Assembly: GCA_963663225.1 (NCBI GenBank)
Contig: OY760142.1
Location: 832,001-896,000, forward strand
Origin: Nitrospirota bacterium
Lineage (GTDB): Bacteria > Nitrospirota > UBA9217
DNA length: 64,000 nucleotides
Direction of reading: 5' to 3'
Shown: piece by piece, positions 29,999-38,374 of the stretch
How positions within the stretch are numbered: position 1 is the first letter of the stretch
How the letters are laid out: every line of letters begins with the position of its first letter
The notes under the pieces: model-generated
The model's database searches: none
The model's input: only the letters and a program-made list of their open reading frames with translations
What the model was told of the DNA's origin: nothing
Translations under genes and position numbers: made by a program

Positions 29999-30637
29999 TT
30001 AACGAATTGTTCTTTGGGTTTCTGCAGCATTGTTTTTTTTGGCCTGTCTTGCTTTTACAAACAATGCTTTTATTTCGGACCGTCTTTTGATTGCAGCCAC
30101 GCCCATGTGCACTCTCTTTTTTTTCAGCAATGCCACGCCGAGCCGCACCTGGCCAAGCAGATCATCAAAAACTGCCCGGAACCTGCCTCCGGCCAATTCT
30201 CTTGACGCAACTCTGGCCTGATAAGCGGCCATGCCTTCGATTTCGTGAAACCGCCCCCGCCGCTTGAGCGCCGCCAGAAAAGCATCGTGAAAATCCGTAA
30301 TATTGGGCAGCGGGAGTTTCAATCCGGCCTCCCGTGCCATCTGCTTCAGCGTCTCGGCAATACGTGCCGTCTGGATCGCGTTCGGACATCTGGTCCCGCA
30401 CGTATAACAGGCGATGCACTTCACGATCAGAGGATCACGCAAGGCCGCGTCCTTGTCCTCAAGCAGGATAGTCCTGATCAGTCTGTCCGGCGCTGCCCCG
30501 TTTTCTCCTCCCACCGGGCATCCCGCTGCGCACCGCCGGCACTGGTAGCACGCCGTCAGGTTCTGTCCCGAGCGCTCGGCGACTGCTTCCGTCAAGAAAC
30601 AGTTTGTCCCGGCTTCAGGGAATATATGTGAAGACAT
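29999..30637 (-). CDS. hdrC: heterodisulfide reductase subunit C-like (2x4Fe-4S)
   Basis: CYQCRRCAAGCP and CIACYTCGTRCP; ATG 30637 follows AGGAG. Confidence 0.88.
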   Translation of the reverse strand: MSSHIFPEAGTNCFLTEAVAERSGQNLTACYQCRRCAAGCPVGGENGAAPDRLIRTILLEDKDAALRDPLIVKCIACYTCGTRCPNAIQTARIAETLKQMAREAGLKLPLPNITDFHDAFLAALKRRGRFHEIEGMAAYQARVASRELAGGRFRAVFDDLLGQVRLGVALLKKKRVHMGVAAIKRRSEIKALFVKARQAKKNNAAETQRTIR

Positions 30638-30748
30638 CGGCAAGACTCCTTGCTCTTTTTGGGTTATGCCCTCGGAAAAAACGATGATGAGCCCTTGTGA
30701 AACGGGGAAAATTGGTGACAACATTCTCTCGCACAGCGGCACGCGATT

Positions 30749-31312
30749 TTACGGTTTTTGCTTTAACAGCTCCAGCATTTCCAGCCGGGTGGACTCCTTG
30801 GAGCGGAACACGCCGCGGACCGCCGATGTTACAACATGTGACCCCGGTTTTTTCACGCCGCGCATGCTCATGCACAAATGCTCGGCGTCGATCACCGCCA
30901 TGGCGCCTTTGGGCTTCAAATGGGCGACAATCAGGTCCGCCAGCTGGGCCGTCAAACGTTCCTGCACCTGGGGCCGTTTGGCAAGTATCTCCAGGGCTCG
31001 CGCGAGAGCGCTGATACCGACAATCTTTCCCGCGCCGGGAATGTATGCGACGTGCGCCTTTCCGATAAAAGGAAGAAAATGATGCTCGCAGACCGAGTAG
31101 AAGGGAATGTCGCGGATGATGATCATCTCGTCGTGGTTTTCGCCGGTCATGGGCTTCAGCAACTCATCGGTGTTCGCGGAAATGCCGGAAAAAATCTCCG
31201 CATACATCTCGGCCACGCGCGCGGGAGTGTCCTTCAACCCGGGGCGGGTCGGGTCTTCTCCAATGCCTTCCAGAATGAGCCGTACGCCTTTTTCGATCTT
31301 GCTTCTGTCCAT
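30749..31312 (-). CDS. folE: GTP cyclohydrolase I
   Basis: [33 protein letters not shown]. Confidence 0.97.
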   Translation of the reverse strand: MDRSKIEKGVRLILEGIGEDPTRPGLKDTPARVAEMYAEIFSGISANTDELLKPMTGENHDEMIIIRDIPFYSVCEHHFLPFIGKAHVAYIPGAGKIVGISALARALEILAKRPQVQERLTAQLADLIVAHLKPKGAMAVIDAEHLCMSMRGVKKPGSHVVTSAVRGVFRSKESTRLEMLELLKQKP

Positions 31313-31349
31313 GTATTTTTGCGAACCCCTTAAAACAGTCTGGCGAAAT

Positions 31350-31946
31350 TCAGGGAAACACTGTCTGGTCCCCTGCCTGTTTCACGGTGATAATCCTCTT
31401 CTCGGTTACAATTTTTCGCACCGGACAATCATGCGAATCCACGGGAATCCGCGGCAGTATCTGCACTTCAAACGCCAGTCCGATTGACAGTCCCTGATAC
31501 CGGGCGAGAACCCGGTCATAGAACCCGGCACCGTGTCCCAACCGGTTGCCCTGTTCATCAAACGCAAGAGCCGGCACAATCATGATATCCACGGTTTCGA
31601 GGGCGACAGGGTTGTTCCGGACCGGCTCCGGAATGCCCCACACCCCCGGGGAAACATCCTTTTCCAGGTCCCTGATTTCAAACAGCGCCAGGTCCCTGCC
31701 CTTGACCTTCGGCAGCACGACACGCTTGCCCGCGGCCAGGGCTTTCCGTATCATCGGGATGGTGTCAACCTCGCTCCGGAACGACGCAAAGAACATGACG
31801 GTTGACGATCTGATAAACTCCGGCAAACCAAACAACCGGTTCTCGATTTCCCGGCTTCCCGCCTGCCGCTCTTCCCGCGGCAGCCCATCCCGCGCCTCGG
31901 TTGCCTGTTTTCGTAGTGATGCTTTCACAGACGCTCCTGAGACCAA
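31350..31946 (-). CDS. ygfA: 5-formyltetrahydrofolate cyclo-ligase (start uncertain)
   Basis: [29 protein letters not shown]. Confidence 0.92.
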   Translation of the reverse strand: MVSGASVKASLRKQATEARDGLPREERQAGSREIENRLFGLPEFIRSSTVMFFASFRSEVDTIPMIRKALAAGKRVVLPKVKGRDLALFEIRDLEKDVSPGVWGIPEPVRNNPVALETVDIMIVPALAFDEQGNRLGHGAGFYDRVLARYQGLSIGLAFEVQILPRIPVDSHDCPVRKIVTEKRIITVKQAGDQTVFP

Positions 31947-31953
31947 AAGCCCG

Positions 31954-31966
31954 ATTATAATAGCAT
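31954..31966 (-). promoter_or_regulatory. candidate -10 region heading the C1 cluster
   Basis: Minus strand ATGCTATTATAAT (TGn-TATTAT overlapping a perfect TATAAT) immediately upstream of ygfA. Confidence 0.45.
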
Positions 31967-32212
31967 GGTACCGGGCAACATTCCACTTAATTTTTTTATA
32001 CTTCTGGCCGAAATGGGGCGTTTATGGCATAAAACAGGCGGCCTCGTGAACCGGAGCCTGAGTTGCGGACGCCGCTTTTTCGGGTTCTGCACGGCGCATG
32101 TCAATCTTGCTTTTACAGAATAAAGATGTTACATTTTGAAAGCCTGCGGCTCCTTCCGCAGAATACGCTGAACGCGACCAACCGGAATATTTGGCGCGAA
32201 GCCCTTGAAGGC

Positions 32213-33298
32213 ATGAAGAATCCCGTGGCCGGCTCAAAAATCAATATTAAATCACTGACCTATGAGGATTTGCAGACGCGTCTGCTTGAGCTCGGTCTCA
32301 AAAAATTCCGGGCAGACCAGATTCTTCGCTGGATATACCTCAACCACGTCAGCTCTTTCGAGGAGATGACGAATATCGCGAAACACGAACGGGATCTTCT
32401 TGCGTCTACTTTTTGCATTTCAACCCCTGCGATTTGCAGAATGGAGGTCTCGCAAGACGGCACCAGAAAAGTCCTGTTCAACCTTGCGGATGAACACACG
32501 ATCGAAAGCGTCCTGATCCCTGACGAAGACCGCATGACACTCTGCATATCGTCACAGGTGGGCTGCCGGCTCGGCTGCACTTTTTGCCTGACCGGGAAAC
32601 AGGGTTTCCGCCGGAACCTTGCAGCCCATGAGATTGCCGATCAGGTGCTTGAGGTTTCACAGTTGCTGGATTCGGAGGGAACAGGAAAAATTACCAACAT
32701 CGTGCTGATGGGCATGGGGGAACCGCTTGCAAATTTGGGGGAGGTTGTAAAAGCAATACGGATTATTACTTCGGATAAATACCTTGGTTTTTCTCCGCGC
32801 CGCGTTACGCTTTCCACGGCCGGCCTCGTTCCGGAAATGGGCGCCCTGGCGAAAGCAAACACCAGGGTGAATCTCGCGGTCTCCCTGAACGCGACAACGA
32901 ACGAAGTCAGAGACGATATCATGCCCGTGAACAAACGCTATCCGATCGAAGATGTCTTGGCCGCCTGCAGGCGTTACCCTCTTGAGCCGCGCCGGCGCAT
33001 TACGTTCGAATACGTGCTGTTAAAAAACAAAAACGATTCAGAAGCCGATGCCCTGCGTCTGGCGAAACTGCTCAAAGGCATCCGGTGCAAGATAAATCTC
33101 ATTCCGTTTAATCCTTTTCCCGGGAGTTCTCTAATGAGGCCCGGAGAAGCAACGGTTCGACGTTTTCAAAAAATACTGCTTGACCACCATTACACGGCGC
33201 CTGTCCGGGAATCGCGCGGCGGTGACATCTCCGCCGCATGCGGCCAGCTCAGAGAGCGGGACACCGCGGCGGCGCATGCCGGGAGGGAACGACAATGA
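32213..33298 (+). CDS. rlmN: 23S rRNA A2503 / tRNA A37 C2-methyltransferase (radical SAM)
   Basis: CISSQVGCRLGCTFC, MGMGEP, ITFEY, NLIPFN, DISAACGQL. Confidence 0.95.
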   Translation: MKNPVAGSKINIKSLTYEDLQTRLLELGLKKFRADQILRWIYLNHVSSFEEMTNIAKHERDLLASTFCISTPAICRMEVSQDGTRKVLFNLADEHTIESVLIPDEDRMTLCISSQVGCRLGCTFCLTGKQGFRRNLAAHEIADQVLEVSQLLDSEGTGKITNIVLMGMGEPLANLGEVVKAIRIITSDKYLGFSPRRVTLSTAGLVPEMGALAKANTRVNLAVSLNATTNEVRDDIMPVNKRYPIEDVLAACRRYPLEPRRRITFEYVLLKNKNDSEADALRLAKLLKGIRCKINLIPFNPFPGSSLMRPGEATVRRFQKILLDHHYTAPVRESRGGDISAACGQLRERDTAAAHAGRERQ

Positions 33299-34458
33299 AT
33301 TTTTCAGGATACCGCCGTCCGGACGGCACTGCAGGCCTTCGCAATCATGTCCTTGTCATTCCCTCTGTTGTATGCGCAAACAGGGTCGCCCGGGGAATTT
33401 CGCAGCAGGTCGAAGGCACCATATGGGTTGAGCACCAGCATGGTTGCTGCCAATTGGGGGCCGACGCGGAGCTTACCACAAGGATTCTTGTCGCCCATGG
33501 TACGCACCCTAATGTCTACGGAGTGATTGTCGTCGGACTCGGCTGTGAAACGCTGCGGGCACAGGACATCGCCGCGCGGATTCAAGAGCAGTGTCCGTAC
33601 AAACCGGTCCACACCGTCATCATGCAGGACCTCGGAGGATCAATCAAGGCAACCGCCAACGGAGCAGCCGCGGCACGGGAAATAGCAAAGGCCGCGTCCA
33701 CGCTGACCAGGACGCCGATTCCCGTTTCGGAGCTCATCCTAGGAACGGAATGCGGCGGATCCGACGCCTGTTCAGGAATCTCCGCAAACCCCTCGCTCGG
33801 CGTCGCGAGCGATCTGCTGATCGACGCAGGAGGCACCGTGATTCTGGCGGAAACAACCGAGTTGATCGGTGCAGAACATCTGGTCGCCGCCCGGGCGGCG
33901 AACAAACAGCTTGCCAAGCAATGCTATGAGGTCATTCACCGGTGCGAACAGGCGGCAATGGCAATGGGCGTCGACATGCGGGGCGGACAGCCGACCCCGG
34001 GAAATATCGAAGGTGGATTGTCGTCCATCGAAGAAAAATCTCTCGGCTGCATACGCAAAGCCGGCAGCAGGCCCCTTCAGGACATCGTTGATTACGCGAT
34101 GCCGGTCACCAAAAAAGGCCTTGTTTGGATGGATACGCCGGGGCATGATATTGAACAAATCACCGGCATGGTAGCCGGAGGCTGCCATATCGTAGTCTTT
34201 ACCACGGGGCGCGGCACCTGCTGCGGCTCTCCCATAGCGCCAACGCTGAAAGTCGCGTCAAATACGCAGCTCTTCGAAAGAATGCTCGACAACATGGACA
34301 TCAATGCGGGCACCGTCGTCACCGGGGAAGAAACAATACAACAGGTGGGGCAAAAAATCTTTCACGAAATAATCCTTACCGCATCCGGCAAGCCCGCGAA
34401 GGCAGAGGTGCTGGGTTTCAATGATTTCGCGATCAGGCGCATCGGGCCGACCATGTAA
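33295..34458 (+). CDS. UxaA/GarD family dehydratase/lyase catalytic subunit (SuyB-like)
   Basis: GYRRPDG..GLRN, HQHGC, GLGCE, ECGGSD, GNIEGGLSSIEEKSLG, FTTGRG; ATGA overlap with rlmN. Confidence 0.85.
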   Translation: MNFSGYRRPDGTAGLRNHVLVIPSVVCANRVARGISQQVEGTIWVEHQHGCCQLGADAELTTRILVAHGTHPNVYGVIVVGLGCETLRAQDIAARIQEQCPYKPVHTVIMQDLGGSIKATANGAAAAREIAKAASTLTRTPIPVSELILGTECGGSDACSGISANPSLGVASDLLIDAGGTVILAETTELIGAEHLVAARAANKQLAKQCYEVIHRCEQAAMAMGVDMRGGQPTPGNIEGGLSSIEEKSLGCIRKAGSRPLQDIVDYAMPVTKKGLVWMDTPGHDIEQITGMVAGGCHIVVFTTGRGTCCGSPIAPTLKVASNTQLFERMLDNMDINAGTVVTGEETIQQVGQKIFHEIILTASGKPAKAEVLGFNDFAIRRIGPTM

Positions 34459-34501
34459 CCGGTCCGCGGAAAAGAAAAGACGCTCTTTAAGGAGTTTGAC
34501 A

Positions 34502-34801
34502 ATGTCGAGGATTCGGGCTATTGTAATGAAGCTTTCAGACAACACGGCGACGGCGGTTGAAACCATCGAACCCGGCACCGGGATCACGCTGGATGTTGCC
34601 GGGCAGCAAATCCGCCTTCATGTCACGGAAACAATCCCGTTCGGGCATAAGCTTGCGGTGCGCGATATCGCCAAGGGGACCTCAATCATAAAATACGGGG
34701 AAACCATCGGCACTGCCACCCGTGATATCATAACCGGGCAGCATGTGCATGTTCACAATATGGAAAGCAACCGCGGGAGGGGAGACAAAACCCGGCTGTA
34801 G
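34502..34801 (+). CDS. UxaA family SAF-domain small subunit (SuyA-like)
   Basis: DNTATA, IPFGHKLA, IKYGETIG, GQHVHVHN; AAGGAG RBS. Confidence 0.85.
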   Translation: MSRIRAIVMKLSDNTATAVETIEPGTGITLDVAGQQIRLHVTETIPFGHKLAVRDIAKGTSIIKYGETIGTATRDIITGQHVHVHNMESNRGRGDKTRL

Positions 34802-34834
34802 ATGCCGGAATGCCCACGGCCCCTCGGTCTCTGC

Positions 34835-34863
34835 TTGACCCCGCGGTTCTATTCCTATATGAT
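34835..34863 (+). promoter_or_regulatory. sigma70-type promoter
   Basis: TTGACC-N17-TATGAT, about 30 nt upstream of ATG 34894. Confidence 0.65.
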
Positions 34864-34893
34864 TCGAAAGACTATATAGAGATTATAACGACC

Positions 34894-36045
34894 ATGACGA
34901 ACGAAAAATCAATATTCGGCGTTCCTTTCGAGCCGGATGGAAGCCTCCGGCCCACCCGGGAGCAGCTGGACGCTTTTCTGCAGGCCCCCTGTTCGGAAGG
35001 TGAAAAAGACCTGAACGGCAGCGACCTTCAACTCTACCGCCGGCTGCTGCGTGAAGCTGACGACTCAGAACAAAAGCAAACGGCCGCGGCAACGGGCGAG
35101 GATGTCAAAAACCAAATCTTCTACGGTGTCCTGCGCAGCGCCCGGTTTGCGAATCCTGCGCTTCTTTCCGCGGTGGAACTGTATAAATATCAGCGGCACG
35201 CAATGACGCTGCTCGATTTTGAAACTCCGATGTCGTTTGTTCAGGCCGCTGAACAGACAATGGCAAAGCTCAATAAAAAGAACATCGACCACGTAGTGCG
35301 TATCCTGCGGCTTGAGGAAATGGTCCTCGAGCGCAAAAAAATCATCCAGAGGCTTGACCGGTCCTTTGCCGGTCTGTCGGACGAACTGGTCCGCATTGCG
35401 GTCTATATCAAGGAGAACCTTTTCAGAATTCAAAAGCGCTGCAAAGCGTCTATCGCCATGCTCGCGGACATCAGCATTACCGGAAAGAAAGAACGGCAGC
35501 TGATCGAGGACATTAAGGACCGTCCCAAGAAAGCCTTGCAATCAGGCAAAATTTCGATGCAGGACCTCGGAAAAGCCGTGAAAGAAGTGGGGCTCATCGC
35601 ATCAGAAACGTCTGCCGCAATCAAAAAAGACATTCTTGCGCTCACCAATCTTTATGCGTCGCTGCACGACCAGGTAAAAAATACGAAAAAAGCGATTGAA
35701 ATCCTGCAGCTGGCACTCAAAGAAAATAAGGACAAAAGCACCGAAGAAAAAAAACAGCTTCTGGCCGCCGCTGAGCATTCGCTCGTTTCGCTGCTGTCGT
35801 CACTGCGTCCTGATAATCAGTCAGCAGGCGTGCACATGGCAACAGCATACGAGAAATTTATTTCCCGGAAAAGAAGTGAAATGCTCGAATACCTGTTTGA
35901 TGTGGCGCAAAAGGACCGCAGAATTCTGCCGGACCGCAGAACATCAAAACCGCGCAGAAAATCCGGCACCCCTTCAAACTATAAAGGACAGAAGCGAAGA
36001 AGCGGCATAGACCGCAGAACCGGGAAAAACCGCAGAAGCCTGTGA
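34894..36045 (+). CDS. hypothetical helical protein with C-terminal DRR repeats
   Basis: Long ORF with its own promoter; coiled-coil-like composition; tail DRRILPDRR...RRSGIDRRTGKNRR. Confidence 0.7.
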   Translation: MTNEKSIFGVPFEPDGSLRPTREQLDAFLQAPCSEGEKDLNGSDLQLYRRLLREADDSEQKQTAAATGEDVKNQIFYGVLRSARFANPALLSAVELYKYQRHAMTLLDFETPMSFVQAAEQTMAKLNKKNIDHVVRILRLEEMVLERKKIIQRLDRSFAGLSDELVRIAVYIKENLFRIQKRCKASIAMLADISITGKKERQLIEDIKDRPKKALQSGKISMQDLGKAVKEVGLIASETSAAIKKDILALTNLYASLHDQVKNTKKAIEILQLALKENKDKSTEEKKQLLAAAEHSLVSLLSSLRPDNQSAGVHMATAYEKFISRKRSEMLEYLFDVAQKDRRILPDRRTSKPRRKSGTPSNYKGQKRRSGIDRRTGKNRRSL

Positions 36046-36145
36046 GTGAGCGTTTCAGCGACCGTTGCGGCAGCAGGTTTTTTTGCTGCACGGCCATAGT
36101 ACGCCGCACAATACAAATAGCCCGGGTTGACGAAATGGAGCGGCC

Positions 36146-37030
36146 ATGTTTTATGATCTGACCAATCTGCGATTATTTATCCACGTGGTGGAAACCGGAA
36201 GCATTACGCGAGGCGCCGGGCGGGCGAACATGACGCTGGCATCCGCAAGCGAACGCATCCGCGGCATGGAAGACATTCTGGGGCTGCCTCTTTTCGTCCG
36301 GGGTCGGCACGGCGTGGAGCCCACTCCGGTGGGGTTGGCATTGACCCACCATGCCCGGACCGTCCTGCTGCAGCTGGAGCGGATGCAGGGAGATCTCAGT
36401 TCCTTTGCCAAGGGGCTCAAAGCACAGATCCGTCTGCTGTGCAACACGGCCGCACTGGATGAATTCCTTCCCAAAGCCCTTTGTACATTCCTGGTATCGC
36501 ATCCCAACGTCGATATTATCCTGGAAGAGAGGCTCAGTTTCGAAACCGTTCAGGCGATTGTTGAAGGAAAGGCCGATGTGGGCATTGTGGCGGACTCGGT
36601 CGACATCGCAGGTCTGGAGACGTTTCCCTTCCGCCTCGACCAGCTTGTTCTCGTCACTGCGCGCAAGCACCCGCTTGCCTCCAGCAAAGCCATCAGCTTC
36701 GCAGACGTGCTTGACCGGAATTTCATCGGTTTGATCAAAGGGAATCCGCTGCAGGACCATCTGGACGGACACGCGGTCCGCGCCGGAGCACACTTGAAAT
36801 ACCGAGTCCGCTTGGGCAGCTTTGAAGCAGTCTGTCTTATGGCAGGAAAAGGAGTAGGAATTGCGGTGGTCCCTGAAACCGCGGCCAGGCGGTGTCAGAA
36901 ATCGACGGGGATTCATCTCATTGCGCTGAAAGACACGTGGGCCTGCCGGAAATTGACCATCTGTGTCCGTTCTTTTGAAGAACTGCCTACGTATACTAAA
37001 AAGCTGATTGAAGAGATCAGAGCTAAATAA
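36146..37030 (+). CDS. LysR family transcriptional regulator
   Basis: N-terminal HTH DLTNLRLF...GSITRGA...ASERIRGME and substrate-binding domain, 294 aa. Confidence 0.93.
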   Translation: MFYDLTNLRLFIHVVETGSITRGAGRANMTLASASERIRGMEDILGLPLFVRGRHGVEPTPVGLALTHHARTVLLQLERMQGDLSSFAKGLKAQIRLLCNTAALDEFLPKALCTFLVSHPNVDIILEERLSFETVQAIVEGKADVGIVADSVDIAGLETFPFRLDQLVLVTARKHPLASSKAISFADVLDRNFIGLIKGNPLQDHLDGHAVRAGAHLKYRVRLGSFEAVCLMAGKGVGIAVVPETAARRCQKSTGIHLIALKDTWACRKLTICVRSFEELPTYTKKLIEEIRAK

Positions 37031-37111
37031 TCGTGCTCGCCGGACGTCCGCTTTCCCGCATCCTGCCTGACCGGACAACAAATAATTCAATAGGCGACAG
37101 AATTGAGCGGG

Positions 37112-37170
37112 AAAAATAAAACAGCCACAGCACGTCCCGAAAACTACCCGTAAAACGTTGCTGTGGCTGG
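37112..37170 (-). terminator. intrinsic terminator
   Basis: CAGCCACAGCA...TGCTGTGGCTG stem followed by TTTTATTTTT on the minus strand. Confidence 0.75.
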
Positions 37171-37227
37171 GAGATTGAAAGCAGCGTGAATTCTTACCGA
37201 ATCTCGACAGCTGCTATGCTCTTTGTT
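37112..37227 (-). ncRNA. candidate ~115 nt small RNA
   Basis: Own promoter, two hairpins, terminal U tract and no ATG on that strand. Confidence 0.45.
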
Positions 37228-37233
37228 GATTGA

Positions 37234-37262
37234 ACAATACCTCGTTCCCCTCCCTTTGTAAA
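37234..37262 (-). promoter_or_regulatory. sigma70-type promoter of the candidate sRNA
   Basis: TTTACA-N17-TATTGT on the minus strand. Confidence 0.5.
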
Positions 37263-37385
37263 TGCGGAAGATACTGAGTTTCCCTCAGGAAGAAGCGAAG
37301 GCTGAACAATTTTTTTGCGCCAGGTCAGGCCGCTTCCAATCTGCTCCGGCCGGGTTGCCTACCGGATTTCTGCATGCTGCGGAAA

Positions 37386-37757
37386 TCATTCGACCGAAAT
37401 TTTTTTCTCAGCCTTGCCGGCGCTGCCATGAATATTGCAATCGCCCTCCGCCTCGATGACGAAAGGGCCGTCCACCGTGTAAACCACCTCCCGGGAAAAC
37501 ACCTCGTTTTCCGGAAGATTGTGGAAAGAAAATTCCCATCGGTTGATTTCCTTTCCGTTCACTTTCACATAAGCCCAATCGGTGTGGTGAATAAAATTAT
37601 TGCCGCTGTGCGTGAAAGTAACTTTTATTTTGATGATGTCGCCTTTTTTCGCTTTGTCCGGTGCATCAATCGCCGCGGATGTTTTGTTGGCGAACGCCGG
37701 TGTTGCCGCCAGACACAGCGTAAACAACACTATTGACAGAACCACATACTTTTTCAT
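37386..37757 (-). CDS. secreted desulfoferrodoxin/superoxide reductase-like protein
   Basis: Sec signal ending AFA; HSGNNFIHHTDW and CNIHG resemble SOR iron ligands; AGGAGG RBS. Confidence 0.7.
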   Translation of the reverse strand: MKKYVVLSIVLFTLCLAATPAFANKTSAAIDAPDKAKKGDIIKIKVTFTHSGNNFIHHTDWAYVKVNGKEINRWEFSFHNLPENEVFSREVVYTVDGPFVIEAEGDCNIHGSAGKAEKKISVE

Positions 37758-37816
37758 TGAGTTGTTCCTCCTTGGTTGATGAAGAGAATCTGCCGTTTTT
37801 CCAGCAGTGGCAATAG

Positions 37817-38326
37817 TTACCAACGGTTCGCGTGGACCCGGGAAGCGTCAAAACGTTCCAGAGCCTCTTTTGTCTCATTCGGAAAGCCGAGCGGCACGAG
37901 TGAAAAAGGCTCAACGCGTTCCGGAAGGTTCAGCAGCTTTCGGAAGTGAAGCATCCGGTCATCAACGGGGTATACTCCACACCATACGGCGCCGAGCCCT
38001 TTCGCATGGGCCGCAAGCAGAAGGTTTTGGGTTGCTGCCGCGCAGTCAAGCACCCAGGACCCCTTGTGCTTCTCGAGTGAAACATCGCCGCATACCAGAA
38101 CAGCGGTGTGCGCCTGCTTGAGCATTGCAGCATACGGATGAAAACTCGGTATCTCGTCGAGAATCGCGCGCTCGGTCAGAACAAGAAAATGCCACGGCCG
38201 TTCATTCCCGGCTGAAGGCGCGCACATGGCCGCCCGCAGAATGTCCTGCAGCAGGCTGTCGGGAACGTGTTTCGACGTGTACTGTCGTATGCTCCTGCGT
38301 GAATACAGCGCCGTCATTGCATCCAT
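37817..38326 (-). CDS. nitroreductase family protein
   Basis: RRSIRQY, APSAGNERPWHF, DCAAATQNLLLAAH. Confidence 0.92.
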   Translation of the reverse strand: MDAMTALYSRRSIRQYTSKHVPDSLLQDILRAAMCAPSAGNERPWHFLVLTERAILDEIPSFHPYAAMLKQAHTAVLVCGDVSLEKHKGSWVLDCAAATQNLLLAAHAKGLGAVWCGVYPVDDRMLHFRKLLNLPERVEPFSLVPLGFPNETKEALERFDASRVHANRW

Positions 38327-38374
38327 GATCACTACCTCCCTTTCCGAGAATCCCAGGAACAATTTCCTGAACCA

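Noticed and set aside
31947-32212. 6S RNA upstream of ygfA
   Set aside because: ssrS often precedes ygfA, but no long rod-like self-complementarity is evident and a -10 box abuts the gene
35905-36045. ACCGCAGA repeats as a CRISPR or non-coding repeat
   Set aside because: Short, irregularly spaced and in frame, encoding the D/N-R-R motifs
36173-37090. 305-aa ORF antisense to LysR
   Set aside because: Shadow frame of a well-supported gene
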